64,000 nucleotides of DNA from Tricharina praecox (lineage: Eukaryota), in assembly GCF_024521635.1 (NCBI RefSeq), contig NW_026250419.1, forward strand, positions 124,001-188,000, in the 5' to 3' direction. Below are positions 24,595 to 37,700 of the stretch, in pieces; positions within the stretch are counted from its first letter, which is position 1; the number at the start of each line of letters is the position of its first letter. Position numbers and translations under genes: made by a program. Under the pieces are notes generated by a model. The model saw only the letters and a list, made by a program, of their open reading frames with translations, did no database searches and had not been told where the DNA came from.

Positions 24595-27500
24595 CTAATG
24601 CTGCTGCTGCTCTGCTGCACGATCCATCTCTTGTACGCTCGATTGACGCTTCATGCTGCTACTGACAATACCCGGCCACACCCTGGGTTCGGAACCCGTG
24701 ATGTGGACATCCCGATAGGCACCACCATCCTGAGACGAGGCTCCTGCCATGCTGCCATCAGTGTTTTGTCTCAATAATCCACCGGGAGAAATAGTGCCGT
24801 GCTCGTGGCCGCTTTCGCCGGCACGTAGTCGGCCGCTGGATGCTTTCACCGGTGCGTTTTGCTGCTGATCTACCAGTGTGCCGGCATAGGTGGCTGCATT
24901 GGTCTGCATACTTGTTGCTGGGGAGTGTGAGCGGTGCAGTGGTAGGTCCGACGCTGGTGGAAACTCGGATGATGGCAAAGAGGATGTAGCTTCTGCCGTA
25001 CCGGTGGCATATCTCTCGATCCTATTCATGAAAGGTCAGCATTCAGGTTGATACGCTGTGGCTTGGGTGGTTATGGCCCTACATCCTCAGCTCCTCCAAC
25101 AGTGTTTCATGCCTGAAAGCAATCCTGATATTCGGCACATTGGTCTTGTCCATGTTGTTGCCAGCAACACCCGAAAGATGGTAATCATTTCCAAGCCATC
25201 TCGCCTTCAGGGCGCCTTCGAAGCCCGACTGTCGGACGCTGTTCATGGCGAGCTCACACATGTCGACGGCACTCAGCTTGTAGATCTGTGCGGCGACCGA
25301 GTACTCCTCGATGAGTGGTTCCTTGGTGAAGGCGAATTGGAGCGGATCGTCGGTTGACAGGGAGACGTTCAATCCTCGTTTGAAATAGGTCTGGAACGGG
25401 TTTTTGTCGTAGGCCAGGAAGAGCGCGTTGTTGGACAGTGGTGACATTGCAATTCCGATCTGATCGAGGTAGAAGATGTACTGCAGCAAGGGAACCTTAC
25501 GCAGCAGGATACCGTGACTGATGGAATGACAGCAAAGTACCGCCGCTGCAAGGTGGTCGGTGTCACCGGCCTCTCCACAGTGCGGTCGGAGGACAAAGGT
25601 ATTGAATCCACGCTGTTTGCGCCAAACGTTCAACGACGCCATGTTCGCAAACAGATAGTAGACCCAGTAGCTGTATGGAGGGTTGGACTTGAAGTTCCAG
25701 TCCGCAGGTGTTGGGAACTTCTTGAACGTCCGGCGCTCAGGCTTGCTTTCGTCGTCCACGCTGTCGAATCCAATGACACGTTGGAGGAATATGTGAAGCT
25801 TTGGATGACTAGCTGGGTCTTTGGTAACCTCGAACAATGGATTGAAGATGTTCCTGATGAGCTGTTCGAACGATGTGATAAGATTCGTTGACTTGTAAAC
25901 ATCATAAAGCCGGGGAATCTGGATCAGCCATCGCACGTTATGGGTGAACAGCTTGTTGTCGACCACCCACGCGGCGAGTTTGTCCCATTCGTCCTCGGAG
26001 CGTCCGTAGATGGAGATACGGTACTCGGCCATTTGGTATTTACTAGCCTCCAGATCGGCGAAGACCTCTGTTGTCGCGCATGATCAGTTGCTTGTGCCTC
26101 CATTATCGGAAACGTTGCTCCTACCCTTAGTAATATCCGCAAGATATCGGCCTTTGACATAATTATCCGTCTTAAGGAAGATAGTTCGCAACCGAGACTC
26201 TCCCACGGGGTTGTATTTGAGATTGAACTTGTCGAAACGGTGGAAGGAGTCCGTATGGGCCTGGAAGTTCCAAACATTAGAATCACAACTCTGGAGCTAA
26301 AGGCTAGCAATAGACTCACATGCATATCGAGTGTATCGATACTCAAATCGTACGCTGTGAGATTGATACTGGCAAAAACCTCCGCCAGGGTCAAGTGCTT
26401 GCCGTCCCTATACAGCACCACTTCATCTGGGAACTTCTTCATCTTGCTCTTGATGAAGCGTAGCAGATGCTTCTGATTCATGCAAGCGGAATGGTGAACG
26501 TGAGTATCCACCTTTCGCACGTTGTAGAAATCACGATGGGGCACTCTCTGGTAATCGTCAGTGTTAGTGACTTCGGGCACTGGTCATCTATCCCCATACC
26601 TTTGAGTCCGCCATCTCTTGATGCTCATTGAGCAACGAGTACAGGTTCCATCGGCCCTCCAGGTACTGCAACCGTCTGAACGCAAAGCTCTTGCTCGGAC
26701 CATCACTCGAGATTTCCAGTACGGTATCCAGGTCCATGTAGTATTCCCGTATAGCAGGAATAGTGACGATCGGCATATCAGTATCCAGCGCTACACGGAA
26801 AGAAAAGGAGTCAGATCCTCTGAAGTCAGGATTAAGCGGACAGTACATGCCTTTCTTATTCTCATAGACCTGATAAACGCCCTTGTCGTCTAAACGGAAA
26901 ACCATCTCATCCTCCCCAGGTATTTCGACTTCATCGTAGATGAAATCTTCGCCGATGTCTTCGCCTGGTTTTCTGTACTTATTTTCCCTGGGGTTTTCAC
27001 TTCCCGCCCAAAACGACTTTTCAGCGGCAGTAGGATCGATGCTGTCGGCAGGACCCTGAAGACCGACGGATTTGGCGGGATCTTCCACCCAGACGGGAGG
27101 TGGGGGAGGTGGGTAGATCTTCCAGCTGGGGTCATCGTTGGGATTGTCGCTGCCACCTTGCAAGGAGACCCGCAAGTATTTGTGTCGAAGATCGAGGACT
27201 TTCTGAACATTGGTGTAGATGACAGACAGCTCTGCGGACAAGGTTGGGTCACCTACAAGAGCTGGTAAGCACAGCTATAACAATGGATTTATACATGGGA
27301 ACTTGCTGCCTGCATATCCACCGCGAGGATCAACCGGTACGGCGGCATTTCCGGATGATGCATTGAACTGCGGAAGTGCGCCGCCGCCAGAGGCGGATTC
27401 CAGAATGCCATGGGGGTCAAATCGACCCATTCCGGGCCCTTGGACTTGGCTATCTTCACGAGGCTTGTCGAAAGATGCCAGCCCGATCGCCGTGATTCCT

Positions 27501-27955
27501 GGTGTCTGGCTTCTGGATCCTACGGGAGCACCGAATGAAAACTGCTGCAACGATGGGCTCTGGTGAGGATTATGGTGGTGGTGTGAAGAAGTGAAGGACT
27601 TGACGCTTCCGGTTTTACTGCGACCTCCTGTGGGGCCACCCCAGGTAGAAGAACGCAGGACGGGAGAGTTCCATCCGCTCTGACCTACCCCTTGGCTATG
27701 CTGCTGTTGCTGCTGCTGTTGCTGGAAGAATAGCTTTGCGTCGGTTTGCCGCAGCGTCTTCTCCTGTTTGTAGTCGTAGAATGCAGACTTCCTCTCGCCA
27801 TCGACGCCGCCGCCCATGTCGCCCGCATGACCTGTCTCGGGAGAGGACGACAGCTGACTATCGTCGTTGAGGTTATAGAAGTCACTTTCGTCGGGTCCTG
27901 CACTGGAAGGTGCCCGACTGTGGTCGAGGTGGGACCCTGCAGCGTCGATGTCCAT
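24595..27955 (-). CDS. AMD1: AMP deaminase, 7 exons (two GC-AG introns)
   Basis: [65 protein letters not shown] and [10 protein letters not shown]. Confidence 0.96.
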
Positions 27956-29086
27956 TGCAAACGACGGGTATAACGAGGAAGGTCCGAATCGGACTCGAAG
28001 AAGCTTGTTGGATGTGAGATAGCACGATGGGGCTGGTTTCTTCAACTAATTGTTTGAGACAGCAAAAGTTGGACGGATGAAGAGGTGAATGATGTGGTTC
28101 GAGGACTCGGTATGCTTTCTATTGAAGTGCCCTCTGACGTAGCACAAAGTCACATGGTGAGGGGTTCGGCGACCCCCGCCGCTCACATTAATCGGGGCGA
28201 GCCCGTCGGCAAGGGAGGTCTAGAGCTAACTACGGCCGAGTATCTGAGACGAATTAGATGGCGATGCCACGGATTCGGTGCGTTTTGGGTCTTTGCGATT
28301 GCACTCGTTGTGGTGAGACGGTCCACTGCTCCAGATCCCCAAGTGGCCCCTTCTATGGACGGATACGGTATCAACGCGAGGATTGTTGTGAAGCTCTTTG
28401 AAGGTTTCATGGAGCTCGACACAATCTCGCCATTCAATGGTGCGGGGCCCCGCAAGCTAGGCCTGCGGCTCAATTCCGGAATGACGCTTCGAGGGCCTGC
28501 GACCGTCTCGACTCTCGACGTAAACACTCTTGGTCACAGGTATCTGGCCCTTCGGTCCAGAGGCCGAGACCGAGGACAGACACCGGCCCCCGAGTACACC
28601 GCCACGTAACTAATTTGATTCCTAGATTGACAACATCAACCCTGCTAAGAAGCTGCCATTGACGGTTCATTGTGGCGCCCAGAACTCTCAGAGACTTTCT
28701 ACGGTATCTTTCAACATTCTCGTCGGCCTGTTGAGGGAGATTAGAAGCAGAGCGTTATTCGGACGGAATTGCATCCTACGATATCGCCATCTTTGCATAG
28801 GAGACGCCAAGTGGATCATGCCGGTCACGATTCACGAATCACCAGGACTCGGATCGTACATTAAATCTAATTTTAACTACCGTGCCTCTCGAATCTTTCC
28901 TCCGACCCCTCTCGAGTTATCCAAAATCGCCAAATACTCGGGCGTGACCACTCCGCAAATGGTGATCCAACTTTCAATGGCCCTCTTGGGGTCCTGGCTG
29001 GGTTGAGTGGTTGAGCCTAAAGCCAACGTGACGTCCCTGCGTCATACAATTGCACCACGAAAATCTCCAGCTAACCCTCACTCGCC

Positions 29087-31137
29087 ATGGCCGAAACATC
29101 GTCTTCCGCGGGCACCAGCGAAACAACACAACCACAGGAACAGGGCGAAGAGCTGATATCGCAATGCGTTTCCCTTCTCTCCAAAAATGACGATACCTCG
29201 CGTTTCGTTGGACTGGCTATGGTGCTGTCGATCAGCAACCATGTCGTCGACCCCACCAGCGTGTTCCAACGCTGCGCTGCGGCCCTGAAGCCGACGTTTC
29301 TCGATCGGCTGTTGAAAGCTGGTAAGGGCATAATATTGCACGGTGGACGGAGAAGTTGATGCTGATGGGGGAACTCCAGGCACCACGAAACAGAAGTCTC
29401 CCGAGGAGGCGACACAGATGGTGGAGCTCGCGGTCAATATCATCAACGCCTTCGCCACGTCTCTACCAGATGCTGGGAACAATCCGTTCCTGGTGGACCG
29501 GACACCAGCGCTGATAGCGGTTATTCCTGAAAGGTGTGTGCCTTCCCGGGAATGCGACGACGGCGATGGCGATGGCAACTAATGTGTTCCAGCTCGGCGA
29601 TGACGGTAGCTACAATCCTACAGATCCTCATCGTGTTTGCGTCAGGGTCACTAGGTGCACGGAAGATTGTTGAAACTGAAGACTTTGGGCCTATTGTAGA
29701 TGCGCTGGCAGCAAACGACAATGCGAATCTGGTTTTGCAGCATGCTTTCACGAGTGATCTGGGCGAGGCGGAGCTCGTCAGGCCCTGCCTGAAACGCTTG
29801 CTGTCATCGTTGGGTAACAAAGTAGGCGTCTGTGAGCGTGAGACCAGACTCGCGATCCTTTCGCTCCTCGGTGAGCTGTTGACGAGGGTACCCTCTCAGG
29901 TATGTAGTCGATTCTTTCCACCGGATAGTCTGATAGTCAATCCCACTGACATCCCCAGTTCATTCCCGCAGACCCAGAATGGGTCGAGCCCTTCTACGCC
30001 GCCTTCAGGGCGATCTTCAGCTCCGGGCCATCCTCGGAGGAGCGCCGTCACTGCATCATAATCATCGCCAGTTTCCTACACTCCTACGCACCCTCGCAGT
30101 TCTTCCAACGCTTCTCCACCCCCACCACCGACGGCCCCTCCTCCAACACGCCGCCATACCTCTACCTCCTCCTACAAATAATCACCATCGACATCCGGGC
30201 CTCCTTCCCCTCGCTCCTCGCGCATCTTGCACTACCCTCGTACGCCTCGACCTCGCAGCGGCTCGCCTGCAATTTCGACATCCTCTCTGTCTTCCTGAAC
30301 TTCCTCGCTACAGCTAGCGACTTCTCGCAAATCGGCATCTCCCCGGACCACCTCCTCAAGCTGCGCACCGACATCTCCGAGACCTTCGGACTAACCCTCG
30401 AATTCCTGCGCGACCGCTGGGACGCCGTGTACACGGGCGCAGCGTACTTCGAGCCCGGCTTCGAGCCCGCCGACCAGCCAAAGCAGCTGACATGGGACAG
30501 CACGCTGCTTGGCGGTCCCGAGCGCGACGCGCTGATCATTGGCGCGGTACGCGCTCTCGCGTTCTGGCTGCGCGAGGACGAGAGCCTGCGTGAGGAGGCC
30601 GGCGGGATGGTGGATGTGTTCCTGGGCCTGTGGACGCGGGGCCAGGAAGCGGGCGTGGACTACCGCCCCTGGGTCGTCACGGCGCTCCACGGCGTCATGG
30701 AGGAGAAACATGGCCGCGAGGTGTTTGTGCAGCTCCGGGCGTGGAGAACGGTCTGGGAGGACTTGAGGGCGAACTGCGATGATGACTTGGAGGGCCAGCT
30801 GGCCCTCGAGGAGGCGAGGCTTCTGGAGACGTTTGTGCAGGCGGAGGAGTTTGCTGACGAGGTCTGGGCAAGGGAGTTGGTCGCGTTTGTGGAGGAGACT
30901 ACGGCTTCTTGGGGAAGAGATAAGTTGGAGCTGGCGGTGGTGCTGTTTAGTTTGGCGAGCGAGTGTGTACTCGCCACGCTGGGCCCGTCGGGCCGGTTCC
31001 TGCAGAAGGAGGTGGAACAGCTGCGGACGGTGTATTCGCGCCTTGTGGCGCTGGTACCGCCCGAATATGGTGATGAGGTGAAGGAACTGGTCGAGACACT
31101 GGAGAATCTCATGACCATTCTCGCGGTCTATAGATAG
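29087..31137 (+). CDS. Neurochondrin-family (DUF1941-like) helical repeat protein, 4 exons
   Basis: LLSKNDDTSRFVGLAMV...FLDRLLKAG, ITIDIRASFPSLL, LLKLRTDISETFGLTLEFLRDRWD and VRALAFWLREDESLREEA resemble fungal neurochondrin homologs. Frames join across three GT-AG introns. Confidence 0.75.
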
Positions 31138-31237
31138 CCAATGTCACTTCATTCTGGACTTGCGTGAGATGAGAACAAATAAGTGCCTCTTTTACTTCGT
31201 CTATTATGAATTCCTCCATCCAGTATGTATGTAGAAA

Positions 31238-32981
31238 TCACCACTTGGGATACTCAAACACCTTGACAAACTCGTCAATGACAGCAGGAGTGCCCGAACA
31301 ATCACTCATCTCGCTCTTGACCTTTGCCTCCGGAAGCCTGCATTGATCGATCGGTCAGCAACTCTGCCGGCCCCCACCCCCACCCAACGAGGTTATGTAA
31401 TACGTACCATTGCTGAATGTTTTGGATCCGTTTGACGTTCTATATACATGCATATATCAGTTTCAACCCTGAGGATGGGGGAGATCGGATTTGCGGGGTA
31501 CGTACAGAAGGGTGAGTGCTCAGAAACTGAGGCATGGAAAATTCCTCGGCAGCTTCCTGTAGGAGGAGAGCGTGGTTAATAGATTTCCATCCGCATACTC
31601 ATGACGAGGCTTACCATGCGCTCCCATAGCGTCACCGCTTTCTCGGGTCGATACTGTTGATCGATGGCATTTCATTTCAGTGGAACTGTTCACAGGTTCA
31701 CAGAGGGAGGGGGGGCAACATACGCAAGCCTGCGCCATCATCATGAGGCCGATATAATCCGCCTACGCTCACGGTTTCGGTTTCAGTCAACCCATCCCCC
31801 GATCCCCCCATTCTTCACTCACTCGGAAGTCACGAAACCTACCTCCGCCTCTTGCTTCCTAGACCCCGGCCGTAGGTACACCAGATCGATCAGGATCCTG
31901 CCCATCCGGCCGACCATGTCCGGGTCTCCAATTGCTATGCCCGCCACCAGCACCGCAGCCAGCGCAATAAACGATTTGCTCAGGCGCTCGGCGGCGTGGT
32001 GCGCTACTGTGTGGGCTATCTCGTGGGACTGAGCTGGTTAGATGCTGAAAAATATACGAAGAGAGAGTATGTATGTACCATCACGGCTGCTAGACCGTCG
32101 TCGTCGCCGCATATAGGGAGGATTCCGCTGGTGGGTGTCTAAGTACATAAAACATCCACGACCTCACGGCAAGACCATACCTGAAAACGAAGACCTTTCC
32201 TCTATCCAATCCAGTCCGAGTCAGAGAGCGTGCGAAAAAATACTTCCAGCCAGACTGCAGGGCTTACCCAGGAATTACAAAAGCATTTTTCATGGAGTCG
32301 TCCTTGATCACGAAGACCTCCCATTCGAGATCCTGCAGGCCCGACGCCGGTATCAAGCTTTGACGGTCCAGCGTCAGCATCAGCGCAACCCCCCAACCAA
32401 CAACTCCAACCACACCCCGAGAAAAACCTACCGATCCAGAATCTTCCTCACCCTCCTCGTGAGATGATGATTCGTTGGCAATATTCGTCCCTCAAACTGC
32501 GCAATAGTCTCCTCATACCTATCCCGCGCGGGCCCCGTGTGGTTAACCCCAATCCCACCAGCACCCCTCCACCCCTCCGCCCACGGGCACTCACATCTGC
32601 ACAGCCATCTTCGCCTCATTCTCGACACTGACGATATTGAACCGTCTCCTTCCAGACACGGGGACAACCTCGGTATTGTAAGCGTAGAAGGTGACGCCGC
32701 CGACTGCTGTGCCGCCAGCTATCTTCCTGCAGAGTACTCCACGTTATCATCCCCAATCCCCAATCATCGAGCAGAGAGTAGAGAGCTGAGAGTACTAACC
32801 TAAACCGCGGACTCTCCCACATCTCGCCAAGGGTTGGGCGGCGGTTGAAGCGCTGGTAGTTATTACTGCCGCCGCGGGGCGGGCCAAAGCGGACGTAGGC
32901 GCTCCGGCTTTGGAATGGCGTCGAAGGAGCCGGAGAGATCCGGCATCGCAGCGGGGAGAGCTTGAGGGTGCGCGAGAACAT
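31238..32981 (-). CDS. OMA1: Mitochondrial M48 metalloprotease Oma1, about 12 exons
   Basis: Presequence MFSRTLKLSPLRCR, VPVSGRRRFNIVS, WEVFVIKDDSMKNAFVIPG|GKVFVFS|GILP, zinc motif SHEIAH, QEAE|ADYIGL and FLSTHPS. The ORF track shows it only in fragments because the exons are short. Confidence 0.9.
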
Positions 32982-34717
32982 AGTGATACGGTACCTAGCT
33001 CGGGCTATGGGGCCAAGGTGGTTAGCTGAAGCTGAAGCTGTGCGTGTGCGTGGTGATTATAGGTTTCACCTCAGATGGTAGGTACGGTAGGTATGGTAAT
33101 GGTATGGTGTTCACTAGTAGAGAGCGCGGCGTTGCGCGCATGGGCCGGCCGGTGGAACACTAATCCGACGGCGACGGACGTCACACCTTAGTTACCGACG
33201 GTACGGTATCCGGCAGAGAGATTCACGACTATGCCACCCAAGGCTAAGATCGCATACGGAAGCGAAGATTTATGTACCTCGCGAGACGCCCGATCTACAT
33301 AGCACTCGCAAATCGGCGTGCGAGAGAGATGGCGAGATCTCGCTATGTAGTTGCATACTGCCGGTGACGTCCCGGAACCTGAGGGTAATTGGGAATCGGG
33401 ATTGGATGACTTCACGGGTACGTCAAATTAGAGTGTAGCCGTCCCGGGTCCGCCACTGGCCAGTCGGGAGCCTTCCACTGGCAACTCACCGGGCCGGCGT
33501 CTACTGTCGAAGCTAAGCACGTAGCACGTGAGGTTAAGCGGAAGGGAGCTCAAGCAGTGCACACATCACTTCCGATTACCGTATCTTCCACTCGGAATGC
33601 ACACTTACATACAAGGACACTCGCGGTAACGGTACCTACCTGGCCCAATTCAACGGGCCCACGGGTTTGGACTCATTACCGTAGATGAGTATCTCCACCA
33701 CCCATCCATCCATCCACCCGTGGTAATATAATTTCTGACATGAGAGGCAGCCGCCTCACCTAAAAGAGCCTCTTAGATGAAGATACCCAACGAAACGCAA
33801 GGATATGGGCAAGTCCCGGCCCGACAACTCACGAGCACAGGAATGGAATCGGCCGTGCCGTAGACCCGGGCTCGGGCGGAACAAGGTTGAGTAAGTTGCA
33901 TTGCAGTACCTACTGCACCGTACCTTGCATCGAGCTCAGAGGAATTGATAGTACTTCTGCTACCGTACATACCGAGGATTAAGGTGGTATGATAATATGC
34001 CCGGTGGAGATGGTCGGGACTCGGTTGCCAGGTGTATGTACGGGAAACCAACTCGGCCTATCATATGCAACATGCACAACATACACTCACATTCACATAC
34101 CCGTTTTCAAGAGACCAGTCCGAGCAAGTCATGTACCGTATAACGTTTACCTCCTCCACCTCCACCTCCACCGCCGCCCATCATTTTCCCTACATAGAAG
34201 AAGAAGTACCGGTACCTACTACCTACTCGTACAGTGAGCTCGTTCAGTGAGCCCAAGTTTCCAACTAAGTTCCAACCAAGAAAGTCCCCCAAAAAATAAT
34301 AATTGTACAACGGCCACTGCAGCTGCTACCGACTCCGAAGCCGAGTAAGAATAAGAAGAAGAATGTGAAGCAGAAAAAAAAAGAAAAAAGAAAAGGGTAT
34401 GGCACACCCATAGACAGACAGGCATTAACAACATCTGTATGCAGGTGATCACAAAGCAGCTGACCGACCAATAAAACTCGACAAATTTCCCTAAAACAAC
34501 ACCCTAAAACCAAAAACTAATGAGAAAGAAAGAAAGAAAAGATCAAAAAGCTTGTAACCGAAAGGAAAAGAAAAAAAATGGCCCCCACAACGACTCCTTC
34601 CGTTTCGAATAGACAAATAAACACAGTACATAGACAAAGTAGACAGTAGAGAAAGAGGGCAAAGTAGAAAAAGTGGATGATGGTCAAGACATGACCTTGT
34701 CTGCTGATGATGATCAA

Positions 34718-37700
34718 TCAGTCCTCTTCTGCGAGCGACTCTTCAACGTCTCTCCATTCTCCTGCCAGCAGTGACAGCCGCTTGACCCCCGATATCCTCT
34801 CTGCGTACAACGATTCGCACGCGGTTCTATTCGAATAATTAGCGAGTGCCTTAGTGCGCAAAACCTGGCCTGGTTACTAACCTGAAAGTGATTCCCCTCT
34901 GCGAAGAAATAACACCAATTGCCTGAAGGACTGCCTTGCGCGCATCCCTAGTGAACACCGCTGGGTGTATGATCCACTCAAGCGCAGACTGCAATTCAGC
35001 ATCCAGTGCAGCGGATGTAGTAGCGTCGATCGCAGCCGCAGCTGTGAAGTTACTCTCCAAGGGTGGTGTAGGAGCTGACAGTTGCGAGAGCTGTGCAGCT
35101 TGGATTTCGCTGCTATCTGCGCCTCCCGGTGATGGCGGTGGAGGTAGCGGCGGGAGGCCGCCTTTGCCCAACCCTCGAAGGATGGTTCGGGTTTCCTTCA
35201 GCAGAGTATGGGCACGTTCGTGCTGATTCCGTGAGACCAGAACCAACGCCCTGCTCAGCATGTCCGACGTCAACAACTCCATGCGGCGTTGCACGATCAT
35301 CGGGTGCGGCGGGATGGGGGGAGATCCCGGACGACCATTCTTCTTGGAGCTCGAGGGTGGAAGCATGGTGATGGTAAGTAGATGAGGCCTTGATTGGGCC
35401 AGAGTACCATCGCGTTGAATATCCCCGTATGTCAAGTCGGCCTGGATGAGAGGAACTTCTTCGATGCTCATAGTTCGTGTATCATCCTGCTCGGCGCCAC
35501 CCAACGCTTCCAAACCTGAAACAATCGATTCCCACGCATCCTGCGGAGCCTGTTCGGCTTGGGAGTTGTCGGAAGAGATCACAAGTTGCACCAGGACATC
35601 TGCACTCTAGTCAGTATGATAGACAAAACGGTGGTCGAGTTCATTGCGCTTACCCTTCTTGTCCCCGAATCGAAGATCGCCTAACGAGACTTCGGCGTCC
35701 CGGCCTGAAGCCCGCTTCGAGACATACAGTGCACCACTGATCTTGACGAACCTCGCTGGAGATCCCTCTGGAAGCTTGAGCTTGAGCTTCGCGTTCTGGT
35801 GCGACAGACTTTGCAAACTTCCTATGCAACCGGCAACACACTCGCGCAACATCATCCAATCCTTCACATAAGTGAACAACCCCTTTGTTCTGTTCGACAG
35901 CTCAATCATAGTATCCGGCTTGTGCGTTGATCCCAGACCGAAAGAATGGATTGTGATTCTGCTAGAGGTCAGCATTTCTCGTTTTCCCTGGAATCGCTCG
36001 GAAGTCTCGACATACTTCGCTGCTTCGGCACGAGACGCTACAAAGTCCACCGCCTCATTTTCCAATGTTTGGGAATCACTTATCAGCAGGATCGAAGCAA
36101 TAGGGTTGCTGGACTTCCTCTGCATCAACAGATCCATCGCAACATTAGCCCCTTCCACCACATCTGCACGCAAGCTCTTTTGACCAACGGGCCGGATCGA
36201 GCTGATGACTTTGGGCCAACCACTCCAGCTCTTTGACGTGAGACCAGTCAAGGGAACACCACCACCGCTGGATCCAAAAGTGACCAACCCGAGCCGGTCC
36301 TTGTCGCCCAAACTGTGAATGACAAACTTGAGACAGTCTCGAAGCAAGTTGATTTTAAGGCCTTGCATCGAGGATGAAACCGGGATGACGACGAGTATAT
36401 CGAGCGGAATATGCATGGACCGAGGCACTCTCCCTCCCCTGGAAGACGAGCTATACTCAGTAGCCGCAGTAAGTAACGACAGACCGACCACCGTGTGTGC
36501 CAGAGTAGTTGGAATTCACGGAGGACACTCGCCTTGTCGTCTTCATCGTTCGGTAATCGTCGTCCTCCACGTCCGAGTGGATGGTCTGTTTATCCTCGTA
36601 TGTGGGGCTTCGCAACGGATGGTCCGAATTGAGATCGAGCAGTGCACGCTGCCATTGCTCCAGCTGAGTTTGGTTTAGGAAGGAAAGATGGAACTGCGGC
36701 AGCTCCACCACGGACAAATTCAGTGTCAGGATGTGATCATCTGCAGACAGCGTCAGTCATCGGGAATCAGAAGCGAAGAGCGAGGAAGAAGGCTATACCG
36801 GTTCCACCAGAGTCCACGACTTTCTTGAGATGCTTCTTGATCAGGATCGAGCCCTTGAGCGTGCATTTGACGGATTTCTTCTTCGCTGGTCCATTTGCCC
36901 ACTGGGGAGATGCTGCAACCTTCTTCTCCTTCACGCAGATGAGCATTTCTGAGAAAAGGTAACATTCAAGTTCCTGCCACGCTTGACAGTCCTTGCCGAC
37001 TCTGATCGTGCCATGGAGCCGAAGTTTGCCAAATCTTAAGAATCGTTAGAGAAAACTCCAAAGGAACGAATAGTTGGGTAAACTACCGATTGAAGTCCAA
37101 CCCGTGCCAATTCTCGACCCTCTGACGAAGTTCCTCGGTAATTGTCGCGAGGTGGTCTTGTTCTTCACGCTCCAGCTGTGCCTCGCGCTCCCGTGCGCGT
37201 GTGGATGTTTCGGGTCGATCGAACGAAAACTGATTTCGTCCGGTAGGACTGGGCGGGGCATATTGCGAGTCGTACGCCGATGGAACCGCGGGAACGTCAT
37301 CTGCATAGTTCTGCCATTTGTTTTGGGTAACCTCCAACGTAACCAAGCAGGTCAAGCTTTGTTGGGTCTTTGAACGGTTGAGAGTGGGGAACTCGCTCTT
37401 CACGGTCAATGTCGGTGGCGGGATCGGATTCGATACCGAGTTGCGCGGACTTGGCTCATTCTCCATGCTGTGGAAGTCATAATCTTGCCGCCGGATTGCC
37501 GGGGGAGCAATGGACGGCGGTTGCTCCACATAATCTCCGCCAGACACGTTGCTGTTATTGCGCCAATGTCCATTCTCGTGTCGTAAGGCAGAATCCCCCA
37601 TCTCGCTGCGACTGCCTGTCCGGTTGTCACGGGTCAGACTCGAAGTTCGGCTTCCTTGTCTACTTCGTGCGTTGACTCGATTTCCATATGGATCATATTG

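Noticed and set aside
28085..28609. 174-aa ORF in the AMD1/neurochondrin divergent promoter
   Set aside because: GTG start, no recognisable domain and no coding-like codon bias.
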